A stretch of 64,000 nt of DNA from NCBI RefSeq assembly GCF_009914755.1, contig NC_060932.1. The stretch is one strand, 5' to 3'. How positions within the stretch are numbered: position 1 is the stretch's first letter; every line of letters begins with the position of its first letter. A model generated the notes under the pieces. That model searched no databases. It was given only the letters and a program-made list of their open reading frames with translations, and was not told the origin of the DNA. The translations under genes and the position numbers were made by a program. Shown piece after piece: positions 61,820 through 64,000 of the stretch. Source of the DNA: the human T2T-CHM13v2.0 reference genome, Homo sapiens.

Positions 61820-62830
61820 TGGTACACCTAGTCCTAGATCTTGGATTCTAAGCACTACTTTCCAATAAAAGGAATTAGGGACTTTTGTGGAAATCAACCA
61901 CCAGTTCCAAAGCTGGGGCTGGAGATGCACAAGATAGTCCTAGAATATATTTTTATGTCAGAAATCAAGGAAGCTCTCAAAGAATGAAGGGACATGCCAA
62001 GGGGATATACTGGCCAAATGTGAAGTAATTTGGACATCAAAATAAATAATAATTGTTTTTAACCCATAAAGTAAAATCCATAAATCCACACTGAAGATGA
62101 ATGTGGAATAATAAATAAATAAATAAACAAATAAGAAAAGGAGAAAGTTTTTCTTTGCAGTAGGAAGTCAGTAATAAATACGGAGGCATGATATGTTCAG
62201 AAAATCACCATTTGACAACCGCTGTAGTAATAATTGTTTTAGGCAAGAATCATCGATGGGTAAAACTTTGATGGGAAACATTAATGAACAAAGTTAACAT
62301 CACCATTAATGAGACAAATAGATATAATGTCCCTGCATCAACATGGCTTCTGTGGTGTTCCTGCCAAAAATGCATTGTGTGAATCTAAACATATAGAGGC
62401 TTCAGACAATCCCAAACTGAGTGCTATTCTGTAAAAGACACATGGCCACTACTCTTCAAAAAAATGAGTCGTGGAAGACAAAGAAAGAAAGAGTTATTTG
62501 TAATTAATGGAGAATAATGAGACAAGAAAACCAAGGGCAACATGAATACCAGATTGATCCTGGGCCAGTAAAAAATTACAAAACTTGACTAAAGTCTATG
62601 TATTAGATAATAGAACTGCACTTACATAAATGTTCTGATTTTGAAAATTGTACTCTGGTTTTGTAAGAAAATACCCTTATTTTTAGGAATTGTACACTAA
62701 GGTAATGGCGTATTTTCTTTGCAACTTACTCTCAAATGGTTCAAAAATGTTTACATACAGAGACAGAGAGAGAACATGATGAGACAAATATTGTAAGCAT
62801 AAAATTATCTCAAAACAAAGAGTTAAGACA
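61820..62830 (+). mobile_element. L1MC-type 3' UTR
   Basis: aaaatcaccatttgacaacc...tgattttgaaaattgtactctgg...gcaacttactctcaaatggttcaaaaa. Confidence 0.75.
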
Positions 62831-63376
62831 GATTCTTTAAAAGATGTATTTTTGGCAAAGTATCATACAACATCTGGGTACAATAAGCAAAAGTTTGCAG
62901 GCTATAAAATCACTGCCACAAGCAGATTACCACAGGCAGAATTACACACTGTCCCCTTCCCCATATGACAGAGTCAGCAGTAGCAAGGGCCGGCTTTCAG
63001 TGATGGTATCTCCACAATGTATTGGCAGAACAAGAAGGTCATTTGAAATTCGTCAGCTGAAGACATGCAAACACATGACATGGAGCTGGCTATTAATCTT
63101 GGTTCATTTTATAACAAAAGTGATCTCTAAAGGGCACCCACTAAGACAAACCTGCTTCAGAAAACAAAACCAATACAAATCCAGGGATCACTCAAACAGA
63201 TCCCACGCTGGATTTAAAGTATGCTTTCCCAAACTATGGAACACAGTGGGCATGGAACAAAGTGAAGTATTAGGCAAGAGACATTTCCCTCCCTATAGAA
63301 TGACAAGACACAAAAAACATGAGGTTTGCCCCAATACAGTCTTTTGGTAATCAGTTGTCACGTGAATGAATCTTAC

Positions 63377-63564
63377 CTGAAAAGAATAGGGCATTGGTGA
63401 GTGGGAGATACCTTTATGGGAAAGCCAATAAGAGGGATATATTTTCCCTGCATCCAGTAGCAAGAAGTCTTACATAAACAGGAAATGGAGTTGTGTGCGC
63501 TTGGTTGCTGTAAATGTAGACTTCATTGAAGAAAGATGTCCCATGGCTATGTTTCCCTTGGGCT
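63377..63564 (-). other. Candidate exon of an unidentified minus-strand transcript
   Basis: Branch-like CTAAT, tttctttcccAG acceptor (exon starts 63564); donors TAT|GTAAGA (exon ends 63474) and CAG|GTAAGA (exon ends 63377); unique sequence. Confidence 0.35.
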
Positions 63565-64000
63565 CTGGGAAAGAAAGCTTATATTAGGTTTGCTTCCTGA
63601 CTTTTTATTGTCCATAAATGGCTGCTAGTGTAAGAATCCATGTTTCTGAAAGCATCCATTTTTTAAAAGTCCTCTCTCACTTTCTTTGCCTTAACTATTT
63701 CAAAACAATGGAGTTTCAATCTTGAAAGGAAGCTGAGAGCTCTGTGGGAAAGAGTGAGGGCTAACCCACTGAAATTGCTTGGACCTGATGCTTTGCTCTG
63801 TTGCTTGGCTCTTCCTCATGCTCCCCCATCTATGTCTGAAACTGTCATGTCAGTGCATTCATTCCCTGGTTCATTTATTCATTAATCCATATGTTCCTCA
63901 ATCAGTCATTTACAGAGCACTTGCAATAGATCCAGCGCTGCTAGAAACGTTGAAGGGGAAAAAAAAAAGAAATGCAAGACATTGTATGTGAGGGGCCTAA

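Noticed and set aside
62844-63350. 168-aa plus-strand ORF
   Set aside because: No recognisable family; splice signals here favour the opposite strand

Overview
Primate (human-like) nuclear DNA, AT-rich, intergenic or deep intronic. I can support no protein-coding gene, tRNA, intact rRNA gene or CRISPR array. The ORF track is almost entirely Alu-, L1- or low-complexity-derived. The window holds about 37 Alu copies or fragments, several L1s (including an internally deleted L1PB/L1MA-type copy that keeps its 5' UTR, at about 37.5-43.2 kb), MLT2, MLT1, MST, MER39-like and LTR33-like LTRs, an ERVL integrase remnant, and MER2, MER5, MER58 and Tip100-like DNA transposons, plus MIR and L2 relics. I found no new biological system in the sense of an undescribed gene cluster. 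The most unusual signals are small structural ones: (1) a ~110-bp mitochondrial 12S rRNA insertion (NUMT) whose helix-18 segment is inverted between 5-bp inverted repeats; (2) an Alu target-site duplication (TSD) present in inverted orientation between tail-to-tail Alus; (3) fold-back or templated-insertion scars inside two L1s; (4) a 38-bp Alu TSD; (5) a strong CTCF-like motif; (6) a few candidate spliced, probably non-coding exons. Repeat subfamily names come from recalled consensus sequences and need RepeatMasker/Dfam confirmation. Boundaries of old repeats are approximate.
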